From: Malacoraja senta
Lineage: Eukaryota
Length of the DNA: 64,000 nt
NCBI GenBank assembly: GCA_038087875.1
Contig: CM075999.1
Span: 1,428,001-1,492,000 of the forward strand
Direction of reading: 5' to 3'
Notes under the pieces: model-generated
What the model saw: the letters and a program-made list of their open reading frames with translations, nothing else
Told to the model about the DNA's origin: nothing
Database searches by the model: none
Made by a program: the position numbers and the translations under genes
Part shown: in pieces, positions 1 to 12,439 of the stretch
Layout of the letters: each line of letters begins with the position of its first letter
Position numbering within the stretch: position 1 is the first letter of the stretch

Positions 1-209
1 ACTCATCTTCAGTGATCAGTAAAGGGTACGATTCAGACAAATTGATCACAAATATATCCACCAGTAAATATCTGACAAATTAGTTTCTTACATTTGTAAA
101 TCACTAATGAAGTAAATTACATTTGATATAACTTGTCATTTCAGTGTAAAATTCTACCTTCAACTTTTAACGCAAGTTGTGTAATGCAGAGTTGCATGCC
201 TTGACTCAC

Positions 210-560
210 CATATAAAGGATTGCTATTCCGGTTGGGTTTTGGAGGTGGGATGGGAGGTTGCTTAGCAGGGGCCGTGGTGGTCGAGGTGACAGCTGTACT
301 TGAAACAGTAGTGATCGTATTTGTAGTGGTGGCCAAAGATTGCGTGGTACTGGAGGTAGTGATAGAACAGGAAGTTGAAAAGGTGGAGATAATGGGAGAG
401 ACATCCTTGGCATCAGTCACATTGGCTCCGGAATCTTCCTCCTGCCCCTCGCCTGTCTCCAGAGTGGGAGCTGAAATGGGTCTTTTGGGAGGAAACAAAG
501 CCCGTCTCTGGTCACGCACGGGCTCCATTTCCGACAGTGGGCGTCTCTCCAAAGCCTCTG
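210..560 (-). CDS. PHACTR4: PHACTR4-like coding exon (Pro/Thr-rich region: ...ALFPPKRPIS...PAKQPPIPPPKPNRNSNPLY)
   Basis: Translation matches the PPKRP and PAKQPPIPPPKP..RNSNP motifs I recognise from vertebrate PHACTR4. Acceptor ttatcCAG|CAG| at 561/558; donor G|GTGAGT at 209-204. Phase 1 at both ends (351 or 348 nt). Confidence 0.93.
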
Positions 561-1112
561 CTGGATAATAATATTGAAAGTAGACATATCAAGCAGAGAA
601 AGCATTAAACTAGCAAAGCAAGGACACACGAGAAAAACAAGCATAAAATACAAAACTAAACACAACTAGTTTGGTTGCGAACTGACAATGTATGTGGAAA
701 AGAATGGCTTTCACTAAAAAACAGACATGGAAATGTAAAGGATGAGGTAACACTTTGCTCTGAATCTTTTGAATTCCAACAATGGAACAAAAAAATTATT
801 TACAAAATCATTATAATGTCCCTTTTAGGACTATGCGTAGTTTTTCAACTGGATAACAATCTTGTTTCATTGCCCTTTCCCTTTTATTTAGGGTGGGAGG
901 GAATGGGTGGCGTTGATCTATTTTAAAATCAATTTATTTTAAAATCAAGCCAATATCCAGGCAGAAACCTGGGTGCTAGGTAACAGTTTGAAAGGGACAC
1001 CAAGTTGGTCAGAAACCAAGATCTTGAGGAACATAGAAATATACAGAACTTGCTGAGTTCAAGACCAACATTTTCAGTTTGATAAATTGACCAAAAGGGT
1101 TTGGTAAGTAGT

Positions 1113-1690
1113 AGTCAAGTCAAATCAGGTCAAGTTTATTCGTCACATACACATACGAGATGTGCAGTGAAATGAAAAGTGGCAATGCTCGCGGACTTTG
1201 TGCAAAAAACAAACAAACTACAAACAGAATGGAACAGAATCACATATTCTTTTACATATTAAATATTGTGGGCGGAAGGAAAAAGGGGGGAAAAAAACAG
1301 CAATTAAAATAAACCCAGTAGAATGGTACAGTAAAGTGAGTCCCTAGTGAGATAGGAGTTTACAGTCCTAATGGCCTCTGGGAAGAAACTCCTTCTCAAC
1401 CTCTCTGTTCTCACAGCATGGCAACGGAGGCGTTTGCCTGACCGTAGCAGCTGGAACAGTCCGTTGCAGGGGTGGAAGGGGTCTCCCATGATCTTATTGG
1501 CCCTGGAGTTGCACCTTCTGATGTATAGTTCCTGCAGAGGGGCGAGTGTAGTTCCCATAGTGCGTTCGGCCAAACGCACTACTCTCTGCAGAGCCTTCTT
1601 GTCCTGGGCAGAGCAATTCCCAAACCAGATTGTGATATTTCCGGACAAGATGCTTTCCACAGCCGCTGAGTAGAAGCACTGGAGGATCCA
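1113..1690 (-). mobile_element. 5'-truncated Rex1/Babar-like LINE (RT C-terminus + 3' UTR)
   Basis: ORF 1304-1660: ESIL...WFGNC...KALQRVVR.AE...LLRSGKRLR....TERLRRSFFPEAIR. AATAAA and a short-repeat tail near 1113-1141. Confidence 0.85.
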
Positions 1691-2199
1691 ATCAGTAGTA
1701 TAACATGATTAAGGAAGTTGGCCATACAAATTATTTTTTGTATGCTCAAGTCAAGGAGGATCTATATTAAACTGATTGAAGAATCTGGAAAAATATGTCA
1801 GGAGAAAACAAGGATCTATCTAGAATGGTTTTCAGATTTCTAAATCAGATTCAACTGCTGAGTAGACCAAGCACTGGACCAAGCTCAAAAAGTATTTACC
1901 CAGTTCCTAGTTTATAGTTATGAAATTTGGAAAAATATCTGTGGGTGGGAATAGGTCAGTACCCTGCCACTATAAGCTGTTTTACTAATGTAAGGCTGGC
2001 TGCTTTTAAAATTAAGTTTCAAGTGCCACATGTAAAATATCATTTATACTATGAACACATACAACACAATTTCTCTCTTGGTCACCTTCCTAAACAATCA
2101 TAAAACAATAATGAGGAAGGTTTTCGTAAATTTCAAAGTAGATAAAAGCAATGTCTTGCAATTAAAACAAGATCTCTTTGCATGGTTTTGATTTCTTAC

Positions 2200-2394
2200 C
2201 TTTCGTTTTTTTAAATTCTGCAGCACAGTTCATCATTTTTTCCTCTTTTTCCTGTGGAGGTTTCGAAACACTTGGTCGTTTCTCAGCTCCAGCTGGTACT
2301 TCTGGCTCCTTTGAGGTGGACAATTCTCCCACAGGGACTGTGTGTCCATTCTTTAGTGTACTGTTCTGGTCAGGTTTGCTGTTAATTTCCCCAT
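2200..2394 (-). CDS. PHACTR4: PHACTR4-like coding exon (DGEINSKPDQNSTLKNGHTVPVGELS...EFKKTK)
   Basis: Acceptor ttttcccttattgcAG at 2396-2395; donor G|GTAAGA at 2199. 195 nt, open in phase 1, contains the conserved LKNGHT. Not in the ORF track on this strand; found by manual reading. Confidence 0.92.
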
Positions 2395-3729
2395 CTGCAA
2401 TAAGGGAAAACGAGAACCCTATTTTTGACGGATATATCGAGATGTTTTATGCAGATAGGGGAGGGAAGATGTCAGAAATAGTCAAAGTGAATGAGGGCAA
2501 GGTGGAAGTTGGTAAAGTTGATAAAGTCAACAAGTTCTGCACAGGTGCGGGAGGCAGAACTTGAAAGGTGGGTTTGAAGCTCCAGAACCAGTTACGCTGG
2601 CAACTTTAGTGGAATCAGGTTCGATTTTCCATTGCAAAGGTGCAAGCTTGAGGCAAAAAAAATTGGTAGCTTTGAAGTTCCAATTACACACTTTACAACA
2701 CAGGATGTAGGTGTTTGCTTCAGTGCATTAGCGATGACTCTGATAGAAACATCCAATTAATCCCACTCTCCTGCTCTTTCTCAGGAAATTAAATCGTTTC
2801 CTTTTGCAGTATACATCAAATTTCCTTATGAAAATTACTGCCGAGCACCTGTTATCATCACACTGTCAGGCAGTTCATCCCAAATTATAATGTGAGCAAA
2901 TAGGACTCGCTGAGATGGGCATCTTGGTTGGCATGGATGAGTTGGGCCGAAGAGCCTGTTTCCGTGCTTTGTGACTCTAAGACACCAGCAGCTGTGTAAA
3001 AAAAATTCTGTTCCATTTACTTCTTTGGTCCCTTGCATCTAACACTCATACTGAGGGAACAATTTCTCCCATACATTCATGCTCTCACAGTCACCTGAAG
3101 CTTGCTTCAAAGTATATACCAATTAATTGCTAAAATGGATCATCGAAAAGCTTATTTTGCATAAAATTAACTTTCTGGGTATGCTTGGCCAATTTTGTGC
3201 AAAGCTTTACTTCATAATTTTGGTTCCTGACACAATTTTTGTTTTCAAAAAAGATTAATATCCTCTGGTGTGGCTACATTAGCGAGAAATATGACAGATA
3301 ATGTCACTGTACTTAAATTCACATTTTGTAAATGTCATGGGTTAGGTTGGTAGGTTGATACATTTTGCTTATTAAGAAAATACTCGGAATGAGAGCCGTC
3401 TCAGAAATCTCATTAAACGTGGAAAATTATGTCAAAACTAATGAAAATGCCTCATGAGGAAGAATCTCAGCTTGGAGCACTAATACCCTCTCCACGATTA
3501 TTTTTACTGCTAACAATTATTTTGTGGACTGCAAGACAAGAACTAGCATCATCCAGACATCAGTACTGTAGATTATTACAAGCCTCTTAAACGTGAAATA
3601 GTTCTTCAGACTCCAGATATACAGAATCTATCAAGCAAGATTTATATGAGGGTCAGAAGCAAAGCTGGTCAAAGAATAATAAAAAAAAGAGTCAGCATGA
3701 GACTTCAGTAGAGGCAATGTACAAGACTG

Positions 3730-4180
3730 CATGTGTAGGAAGGAACTGCAGATGCTGGCTTACACCAAAGATCAGACACAAAAAGCTGGAGTACCTCAGC
3801 AGGTCAGACAGCATTCATGGAGAAAAAGAATAGGTGGAGATCCAATATGCGTTTGGCTTCACTCTGACAATGGTGGAAGCCCAGGACAGAAAGGCCAGTG
3901 TGGGAATGGGAAGGGCAATTGAAGTGTTTGGCAACCGGGAGATCAGGTAGGTCTAGGCGGACTGAGAAGGTGTTCGCTCACCAGCGGCCAAACGCAAATT
4001 GGAGGAACAGCACCTCATATTTCGCTTGGGCCACTTACAAAGCAGTGGTATGAATATTGATTTCTCCAACCAAGTTGCCCTTGCATCCCCTCTCTCTCCA
4101 TCCATTCCCCATCCAAGTCGTACTAGCTTCAAAGTTGTCCTGTTGAGTCTCATTGTCTGTAACTCGTATAAGACTGCAAC
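3730..4180. mobile_element. Rearranged Penelope-like fragments (terminus in - orientation, GIY-YIG C-terminal end in both orientations)
   Basis: LEEQHLIFRLG motif (3999+) matches the end of the 25003-25602 ORF; 3736-3830 matches the reverse complement of the Penelope terminus. Confidence 0.75.
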
Positions 4181-4288
4181 CTGCACATGTATTCCACTGA
4201 AGAGGCAGGAACTGTTCTCTTTGTGCAGATTGTTTGTTGTCTTCGGCATACGATGTTCCTTGTTTTACTATTCCTATGTACCTTTACA

Positions 4289-4545
4289 GTGGAGATGGAG
4301 GAATTTCTTTAGTCAGAGGGTGAAAATCTGTGGAATTCATTGCCTCAGACAGCTGAGAAGCCAAGTCATTGGGTATTTTTAAAGCAGAGATTGATCGGTT
4401 CTTGATTAGGAAGGGCAGCAAAGGTTATGGGGAGAAGGTAAGAGAATGGGTTTGAGAGGGAAAAGTAGATCAGCCATGATTGAATGGCGAGGCAGACTCG
4501 ATGGGCCAAACGGCCTAATTCTGCTCCTATGTCTCATGATCTTAT
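4289..4545 (+). mobile_element. CR1-clade LINE 3' fragment
   Basis: gagatg-aggaatttctttagtcagaggg...gatcagccatgattgaatggc...ggcctaattctgctcct shared with other CR1 copies in the window. Confidence 0.8.
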
Positions 4546-5164
4546 TTAAATCTTCACAGTCGGACAGCAGTTAATTCATGGCCAGGAAAAGAAAACTACT
4601 CCTCGGATGTACCTACGAGCCTCAGCTTCACAGGATGACATTGACTCATTAGCCAAAAAATACAGCAAGCTGGTATACTTTAAAGAAGTCTCCGGTCACC
4701 TTTGTTCACATTTAGTCTTTTTTTCACCATCATGTACAGACATAACATAGCTCTTTCTTAAACATATCATATCAGACACTTCAACTACTTCTTGTAGTAG
4801 TAACTTCCATTTTCAAACCAAGTATTGGCTGGTGTGGGCAAGTTGGGACGAAGGACCTGTTTCCACGCTGTTAGACTCCATGACTGACTACATTCCTTAG
4901 CGTACTCAATGACCCAGATTTCTGGATTCCACAAATAGAGACCATATTTATCAAACACCATCATAATTTTCAAGACCTCTGTTCAATAATTAGTACTTTC
5001 AACAGTCACTTTCCTTTTTAATACAAAGATATTGACCTTTATGGCCGTAAATATGCAACCCGAAAGTGTCAAAATGCAATGCTGGATTACAGGGATATAA
5101 CTTTCAGGAAAGCAGCTGCCACTTGGCCATTTTTGCTTGTATTGGTTCTTTCAAAAAATCCAAA

Positions 5165-5378
5165 ACACAAAGTGCTGGAGTAACTCAGCGGGTCAGGCAG
5201 CATCTGTGGAGGAGATATACAGGTGACCTTTCGGGTTGGGAGCTTTCTTCAGACTGAAAAGTCACAACCCGAAATGTTCCTCTATCCATTCCCTCCATGG
5301 ATGCTGGCTGACCCGCTGAGTTACTTCAGCACTTTGTGATTTGCTCAAGATTCCGGCATCTGCAGCTCCTAGTATCTC
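5165..5378. mobile_element. Fold-back mini-element made of two inverted Penelope termini
   Basis: Left arm acacaaagtgctggagtaactcagcgggtcaggcagcatc is complementary to right arm gatgctggctgacccgctgagttacttcagcactttgtg. Confidence 0.8.
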
Positions 5379-6585
5379 TCTTTCAAACAACTGTTCAACT
5401 TATGACTAACAAGCCCTGAAAATGAATCATCCTGAAGTAAGGGCAATTCTTTAAGAATACTTCATTTTTTCATGTAGAGGATTACATAGGTAACGTGAAA
5501 AAAATTCAGACGTTTTCTCTGAATTTTCCCACAAAGGAGACATGAGCTGTTTGAAACCGAGATCTATTGTTTACCCACCTATTCTTCCCTGCTATTCAAG
5601 CAAATGTTTGTTTCAAGTGGACATCTAATTCCATTTTGAAAGTTACAAATTGATCTACTTCTCCCCACTCATTTAGTGCTTTCCAAATGATAATAAGAAC
5701 AGAATCTACAGCAACCAACAGTGCCACTCTGTCCAATTGTTTCCCATTAAACAAAGAAGATTGAAAGATCTAATAGAATTATCCAGTGTTGAGCTTATTT
5801 TATGGAGCAAGATGTTATGTACAATGTAAAGCTACTTTCACCCTACTTCAGTATTGGCATAATGTATAAATCTATCCACCCTCAAATATTTATAGAAATT
5901 GGCCTTAATTGGATCCAAGCTGTTTATCTCAACTATACCAAGTTCCGCATTCTAATCACTCCATTGGGAAAGTAATTTCTCCCGCATTTCTTATAACCAT
6001 GTTGACACTTCAGGGAAAGAACACATCACACTAAACCATTAGCTTTAGCATCATTTGGTTTAAACTATTAGCTGATTTGCAGCAATCATGCTGAGTTGCA
6101 AGCTTGAATTGTGAAAGCATCAACAGGCTCGTAAAAGGAATTACAACTATTGTTGTCACCAGGCACTGGCGTAGTCGGTAACAAACCGTACATATTTTCC
6201 ATGTGTTAATTTCATATGAAAATTCACTGAACTGTTGAATTTCATTTACTGCCCAAGATTGTTGGCTGTCAGTGACCAGTTCAACATGTTGGTGCTGCAA
6301 AGCTCAAAATACTTTGTCCATTTTCATCTGTGAAAAAGTTTCCCAGCTAACTCTACATTGGACTGGGTACTTTATACTGATTAGGTGGGAACGATAAGGA
6401 CACTTTCTCAAGCTCAAAGCTGTACCTTAATGAAATTGATCCTGGTGACAACACTAGATCACTGTGCAAAGATCACAACATCAAGGCATTCCTCAAAATG
6501 TTTAATAGGGAGAAGGGATCCAACTTAATCATTTGGTTTGGCTGTTTAATGAAATCTCTCTTCATTCTGCACACATCATACTTGC

Positions 6586-6666
6586 CTTGTTCAGGAATCT
6601 CTTTCAATACTCCCTTCTTAACCAGTTCAGCTCTGCTCTGTCTCACAGATAATTTCCTGTCCAAAA
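6586..6666 (-). CDS. PHACTR4: PHACTR4-like coding exon encoding the N-terminal RPEL motif (VLDRKLSVRQSRAELVKKGVLKEIPEQ)
   Basis: RPEL-like L.RKLS.R..R.EL.K.GVL. Acceptor tttttataattccAG at 6668-6667. 81 nt, ending at a non-canonical AAG|GCAAGT donor (6585-6580). Confidence 0.93.
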
Positions 6667-7164
6667 CTGGAATTATAAAAACATGACCGTCAACAGGCTA
6701 TCGAATAAATTATTCTCCATGAGCTCCCTCATGAAGCAAGATTATAGCTCCTGTCACAAATAAAAGAAGTCAAAAGCTGACAAAATTTATCTATATGAGT
6801 ATCTTAGGTCTCGAAACATCCTACCAGAGTCCAGAAGATATGATGGAAATAGTGTCCAGCACATACTGAAACATACTCTGAACATTACTATTCATCAGGA
6901 AGTATTAGCCAAGGATTAAGTGGATTTGGTCTATCACCGAGTACGCTGGATCAAGAGAACGTTGCCATGCTTAAATCGTATGGACCTACCTTACTGAAGA
7001 GTTTTGAGCAGTTTTAATGGAACGAGTTATTCAGGCTTTTGACACCCATACTACTGGATTGATGTCGGTAACATTTAAAAATTTACAGAATATGAGAAAT
7101 ATCCTCTGAAGAAAATTATAATTTTAGCCACTGAAATATTTCATGACAAAACCATGATCATTGC

Positions 7165-7768
7165 CGTTCATTAATCAGGGTATTGAGTATAAAAGTTGGG
7201 ACGTTATGTTACAGTTGTACAAGACGCTGTTGAGGCCACATTTAAAGTACTGTGTGTGGTTTTGGTCACCCTACTAAAGGAAAGATGTTGGTAAGTTGGA
7301 AAGAGTGCAGAGAAGATTTACAAGGATGTTGCCAGGTCTTGAGGGCCTGAGCGAAAGGGAGAGGTTGGGCATGCTAGGACTTTATTCCATGAGAATGAGG
7401 AGTGATCTTATAGAGGTGTATAAGATCATGAGGAGAATACATAGGGTAGATGCAGAGTCTTTTACTCAGAGCAGGGGAATCAAGAACCTGGGACATGGGT
7501 TTAAGGTGAGAGGGGAAAGATATAATAGGAACCGGAAGGGAAACTTTTTGCACTGAGGGTGGTGGGTATATGGAACAAGCTGGCGGAGGAGGTAATTGAG
7601 GCAGGTACTATAAAATATTTAAAAGACATTTCAATAGATTCATGGATTGGTTTAGAAGGATATGGGCCAAAGGCTGGCAGGTGGGACTGGTGTAGATGGG
7701 GCATCTTGGTCGGCATGGGCAAGCTGGGCCGAAGGGCCTGTTTCCATATTGTATGACTGTGACTATGT
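7165..7768 (+). mobile_element. CR1-clade LINE 3' fragment
   Basis: ERVQRRFTRMLPGL...DLIEVYKIM; 3' end gggccgaagggcctgtttcc shared with the SINE tails. Confidence 0.85.
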
Positions 7769-9289
7769 AAAGTGGTGTGCTTTTCTCCTTTCCTGCTATC
7801 ATGTATGTTTTGGTTGTAGCCCAAGAAAAAACTAGTTTAGAGTTTCTGCAGAGTGAGGAAATTGAGCTTTCAGTTGTAGATATTGTATCACAAATGCTTG
7901 GCCCATACAGGGCATCATTATATCTTAAATAGAGTACCCAATGCTGCTATTATCAGTGAGCATTAAACTGTTTTATTCACTATTTATTTCAGAAAATACC
8001 ATCTTCACCTTTCTTACTAGGTCAATTCAAAATTTAATTGTTTTAGTTGCAGTGAGCTTTCCAAGCCAATTTACCCAACTTAAGCCCTTAATTGCCTATT
8101 TTGAAACAATACATTAACTAACATGTTTTTTATAATACACATTGTGCAGAGATGCAATTTGCACAGCTGCATCAATGGCTTATCTGATAAAATGAGAATG
8201 TAAAACCATTTACATTTGCAGATTACCCTTCCTTCACCATATGTTATTGGGAACCGCAGATTAGCGAGCTCAATTATGCCCAAATATTATTTGAAATCAT
8301 AGGACTAGCTCTAATGGAGAACTGCAGAAATAGTGTAGTACTGAACAATACTGTGATCTTAGCTACCTTATCTCTGCCAAGATGATAGCTTCATAAGTTC
8401 ATAAATTATCGGAGCAGAATTAGGGTATTCGGCTTATCAGGTCTACTCTGCCATTCAATCATGGCTGATCTATCTTTTGCCCTCAACGCCATTCTCCTGC
8501 CTTCTCCCCATAACCATGACACCCATACTAGCTCTGCCTTCGAGCCCCATGAGGAAATTGTGGCAAGAATGTAGAGCAAATATCAGGTAAAAGCAAAAAT
8601 TAGTTGGCATGGTCATTGCTTCAATCTCACAGAGCACAATACCAGCCACTTATAGTGTTGCAGACTGTTTTACATTAGTTGGAAATGCACATGTAGAATG
8701 GTCACATATACAATATGCTGGAACATCTGAACACCCAGGCAAACAGTATTTCAGGAAAAGAGTATTTTACCTTGAGTAGAAGAATAAAACAAAACTCATA
8801 CAACTCAGTTCAGTTATTATTGAGCTATAAAACACTAATACCAGTTATGCCGACTATGAAATTATTGAATTACTGCAAAAGAAAATCCTACCTAGTTCAC
8901 CAATCTCCCCACATCTGGCTCCACATGATCCCAGACCTACCACTGTGATTGATCCTTACCTTCCCTCAGAAATCACCTAGCAATCTGCTCAGCTCAAGGT
9001 AATTTGGCACAGGTAATAAAACGATTCTTGAATGAATAAATGACTTCTTTGAGAAGATGTAAAACCTCACAAAAACATTTGTATCAGAAAGATTTTACGC
9101 TTTAGGTGGGTGTGAAGTGACTTGCAGTGCTGCATTGAAGTACAGTGCTGAAACTTTGCCACTGTAAAATGATTGCCTCCCAAAGTTATGCCTGGGGTCT
9201 CAGAGATCACACACAGTATTTTGCTTTCTCTTGTGGTTGAGTACCCCAAAAAAATGTCCACATATAGGGGGAATCCAAACCAGGGGTCC

Positions 9290-9575
9290 ACAGTTTAAGA
9301 ATAACTGTCCATTTAGGACTGAGATGAGGAAATACTTTTTCACCTAGAGAGTTGTGAATCTGTGGAATTCTCTGTCACAGAAGGTAGTGGAGGCCTATTC
9401 ATTGGATGTTTTCAAGAGAGAGTTAGATATAGCTCTTAGGGCTATTGGAATCAAGGGATATAGGGATAAAGCAGGAATGGGGTACTGATTTTGGATGATC
9501 AGCCATGATCATATTGAATGGCGGTTGGCTCGAAGGGCTGAATGGCCTACTCCTGCACCTATTTTCTATGTTTCA
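9290..9575 (+). mobile_element. CR1-clade LINE 3' fragment
   Basis: High similarity to 59650-59935 (gtgaatctgtggaattctctg...gatcagccatgatcatattgaatggcgg...cctattttctatg). Confidence 0.85.
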
Positions 9576-11283
9576 AAGCGAGTGCCAGATACGCAACCAA
9601 GGTCAAGCAGGACAGAGGATGATGGGGAAGAGTAGAATAAGGGAGCAGATTAACTAGGTTGACATTTAATGTATTTTAAAAGCATAATTAGCTTCAATCT
9701 CTCTGGTCTCAATTAGCTTGGTGGAACCTCAAAATGTAAATAGTAAATACATTACACTTCATCTTTGTATGTTTCACTTCACTAAACTCAACTCTGGCGA
9801 ATTCAAATATGTCACCACCTCCACATCTTGAAATTGAAAGTTGATATAAAATACAATTAAAACTCAATTGTGGGATAATATTATAGGCAAAGAGAGTTGT
9901 GCAAACTCTTAATGTTGAGGTAGACGGATAATTCTACTCTGAACATGAGAAGGTTAAAAACCAAGAGCTGGTGTATTGGTGAATTGTGCAGGGTTACATT
10001 AATTTGAGCAATTCCCATTCTCCCCTATTTCATCAATGGGAACAAGGACAGAAGGGTCAAGCATTCCTATTTTTATTTAGTGACGTTTGGAGATCAATTT
10101 AATTCTTGGCTGTGATGCATAGTTACAGCACTATAAAGCTACATAGCAAAAACCTTCAAGAGGCAATGTTACAAGCTTCTCAATTTTGCTATTCACAAGG
10201 GATGGAATGTAGGAAACAACAAAATGAAGCCAGCTGTTTTCTTTGAAGAGCTATTATATAAAATGATAGGAATTGGAGCACATCATCCTTACTACCATAC
10301 ACAGAAGATTCAGAGGTTTGGAAACAAGTAAATTACAAAGTCTTTCTCAGTGGAAATGCAGATTTAGAATCAATTTTAGCGCAAAAAACTAACCAAACAT
10401 TAAAAGCAACAGCAACCCTCTTGACTGACATGCCATCTATAACATTTAAAAAAACACTCCTTGCTCGGTCAGCATACTTTGACTGCAATGTGTAGCTCCA
10501 AGCAAAAAGCTCATTTTAGGGTTTTTTGATACTACCTCTCAGGTCTGCAATTTCTACCACCTAGAAGGAAATGGACACGAGGTGCACAGCAACATCAAAT
10601 TACATCCCCAAGCAATACACTAACTTAACTTGGAAAAGTGTCACTGTTTCTTCAACACCATATAATTTAAATCCTGAACCTTTCGGCTCACAGCACAGTC
10701 GAGTACACAACAAGGATACAGTGGTTCATTGGGGTAACCCTTCACAACGTTTACAAGGACAATTATGATGGGTCATGAAGGCTGGTCTTACCGATGACAC
10801 CCACGCCAATGAATGACAACAGTAACACAGACTGACAAGTGCTCCAATATTCCCCCTGCCCATCTGACAGTGAAACCTCATGCATCACCTTCTGTCACTA
10901 CAACCAAAGCTAGTCTGAGGAGAGGCATGAAGCACAAAAGGACCTCACAGCTAATTTTAGAAAAATTCTAAAACTAATCTCTCAATTTCCTGAGGCAATG
11001 AAGATAACCATCTGAGACAATCCATAGACTAGCTAAAGAAAGAACATGTCTCCTGTGCGGCTGGCGGTGGGGGAAATGGGATGGATGGAGGGGAGAAGGT
11101 GGTGTGTAAAAATAATAGTTCATAGTTTCCAGATACCCATCTGACAGTGAACAGATGAAAATAGATGAAAAGTTAGGGTTGAGATGAAAACATTTCTTCA
11201 TTTAATCTGTGAATTTATCTACCACGGAAGGTGGTGGTGCCCTTCACTTGTATATTTTAGGAAGGAGGTATATACCAAAGGCA

Positions 11284-11522
11284 GAAACAAAGAACTGCAG
11301 ATGTTTGTTTATACCAAAGATAGACACAAAGTGCTGGAGTGCCTCAGCGGTTCAGGCAGCATCTCTAAAAAAAGAATGGTCGACGTTTTGGGTTGAGACC
11401 CTTCTTCAGACTCTGAAAGCTATTGAGTTTGAAGAAAGGTCCCGACCTGAAACGTCACTCATCATGTTTCTCCAGAGATGCTGCCTGACCCGCTGAATTA
11501 CTCCAGCACATTGTGTCTACCT
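11284..11522. mobile_element. Fold-back Penelope-terminus mini-element with hammerhead-like cores on both strands
   Basis: Inverted arms gacacaaagtgctggagt... / ...actccagcacattgtgtc; cores at about 11382-11409 (-) and 11429-11456 (+). Confidence 0.8.
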
Positions 11523-12439
11523 TTAGACACAAAAGGCATCAGGAGGTATGGGGAGAAAGCAGAAATATAGTATTGAAATGGAAGATTAGCCATAAATGTA
11601 CTGAATAGTGGGGCAGACTCAAAGAACCAAACGATCTACCCCCTGCTCCTGTTTTCCATTTCTATATTCACTCAATCATTCTGAAGTATTTAATGTTAAG
11701 ACAAATATTCTTGCTGAAAATCTTTAAACCCAAATTAAACAATTTCAATAATATCCATAAAGGAACTTGTTTCATTAAAATAAACTAATTTAATTTCCAA
11801 TTGTAAACACAAAATGCTGGAGCAACTCAGTGGGACAGGCAGCATCTCTGGAGAGAAGGAATGGGTGGCGTTTCGGGTCATAAGGTTCATTTATTGTCAC
11901 ATACACCAATTGGTGTAGTGAAATTTCACTGCCCAGGTCAGTCATACAATTTAAAAATTGACACTGTCGAGACCCAATTTCCAATTGTGTTTAGTAAAAA
12001 TGGTCTTAGCGGAAAATGTGAAATAGATGTAGTTGACTGGAACATTAAGAACAGACAAGAAAATGCACATTTGTTCAACCAAGCTGCCCCAAACAATGAA
12101 TACATTATGTGCAACAATACATTGCACTCATAGTGTGTTAATTTCAAGTTGATGAGTGGATTAAATGTTTGTGTTCTTAATCCCTTTTGTGCTGCCAGTT
12201 GTTTCAAAGTTCCAGTCAGCATCCCTTAATCTAAATGGAACATTAAATTTATAGAAGTTTACAAGTCCATTATTACTACTGATCAGAAAAGAGGAAGTGG
12301 GAAACATTAGTTCAACATTTATTGTTGGCAAGATGCTGGAGTTTAAAAATAAAAGGTAAAAAATAAAGCAGTTTAATCCAACCAATTCAACATTGTTTTA
12401 TAATAGGAAAATCATTTTGGACAAACTTGTTGCTGGAAA

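Noticed and set aside
221..568. Plus-strand ORFs 221-568 and 2178-2564
   Set aside because: They are antisense shadows of PHACTR4 exons.
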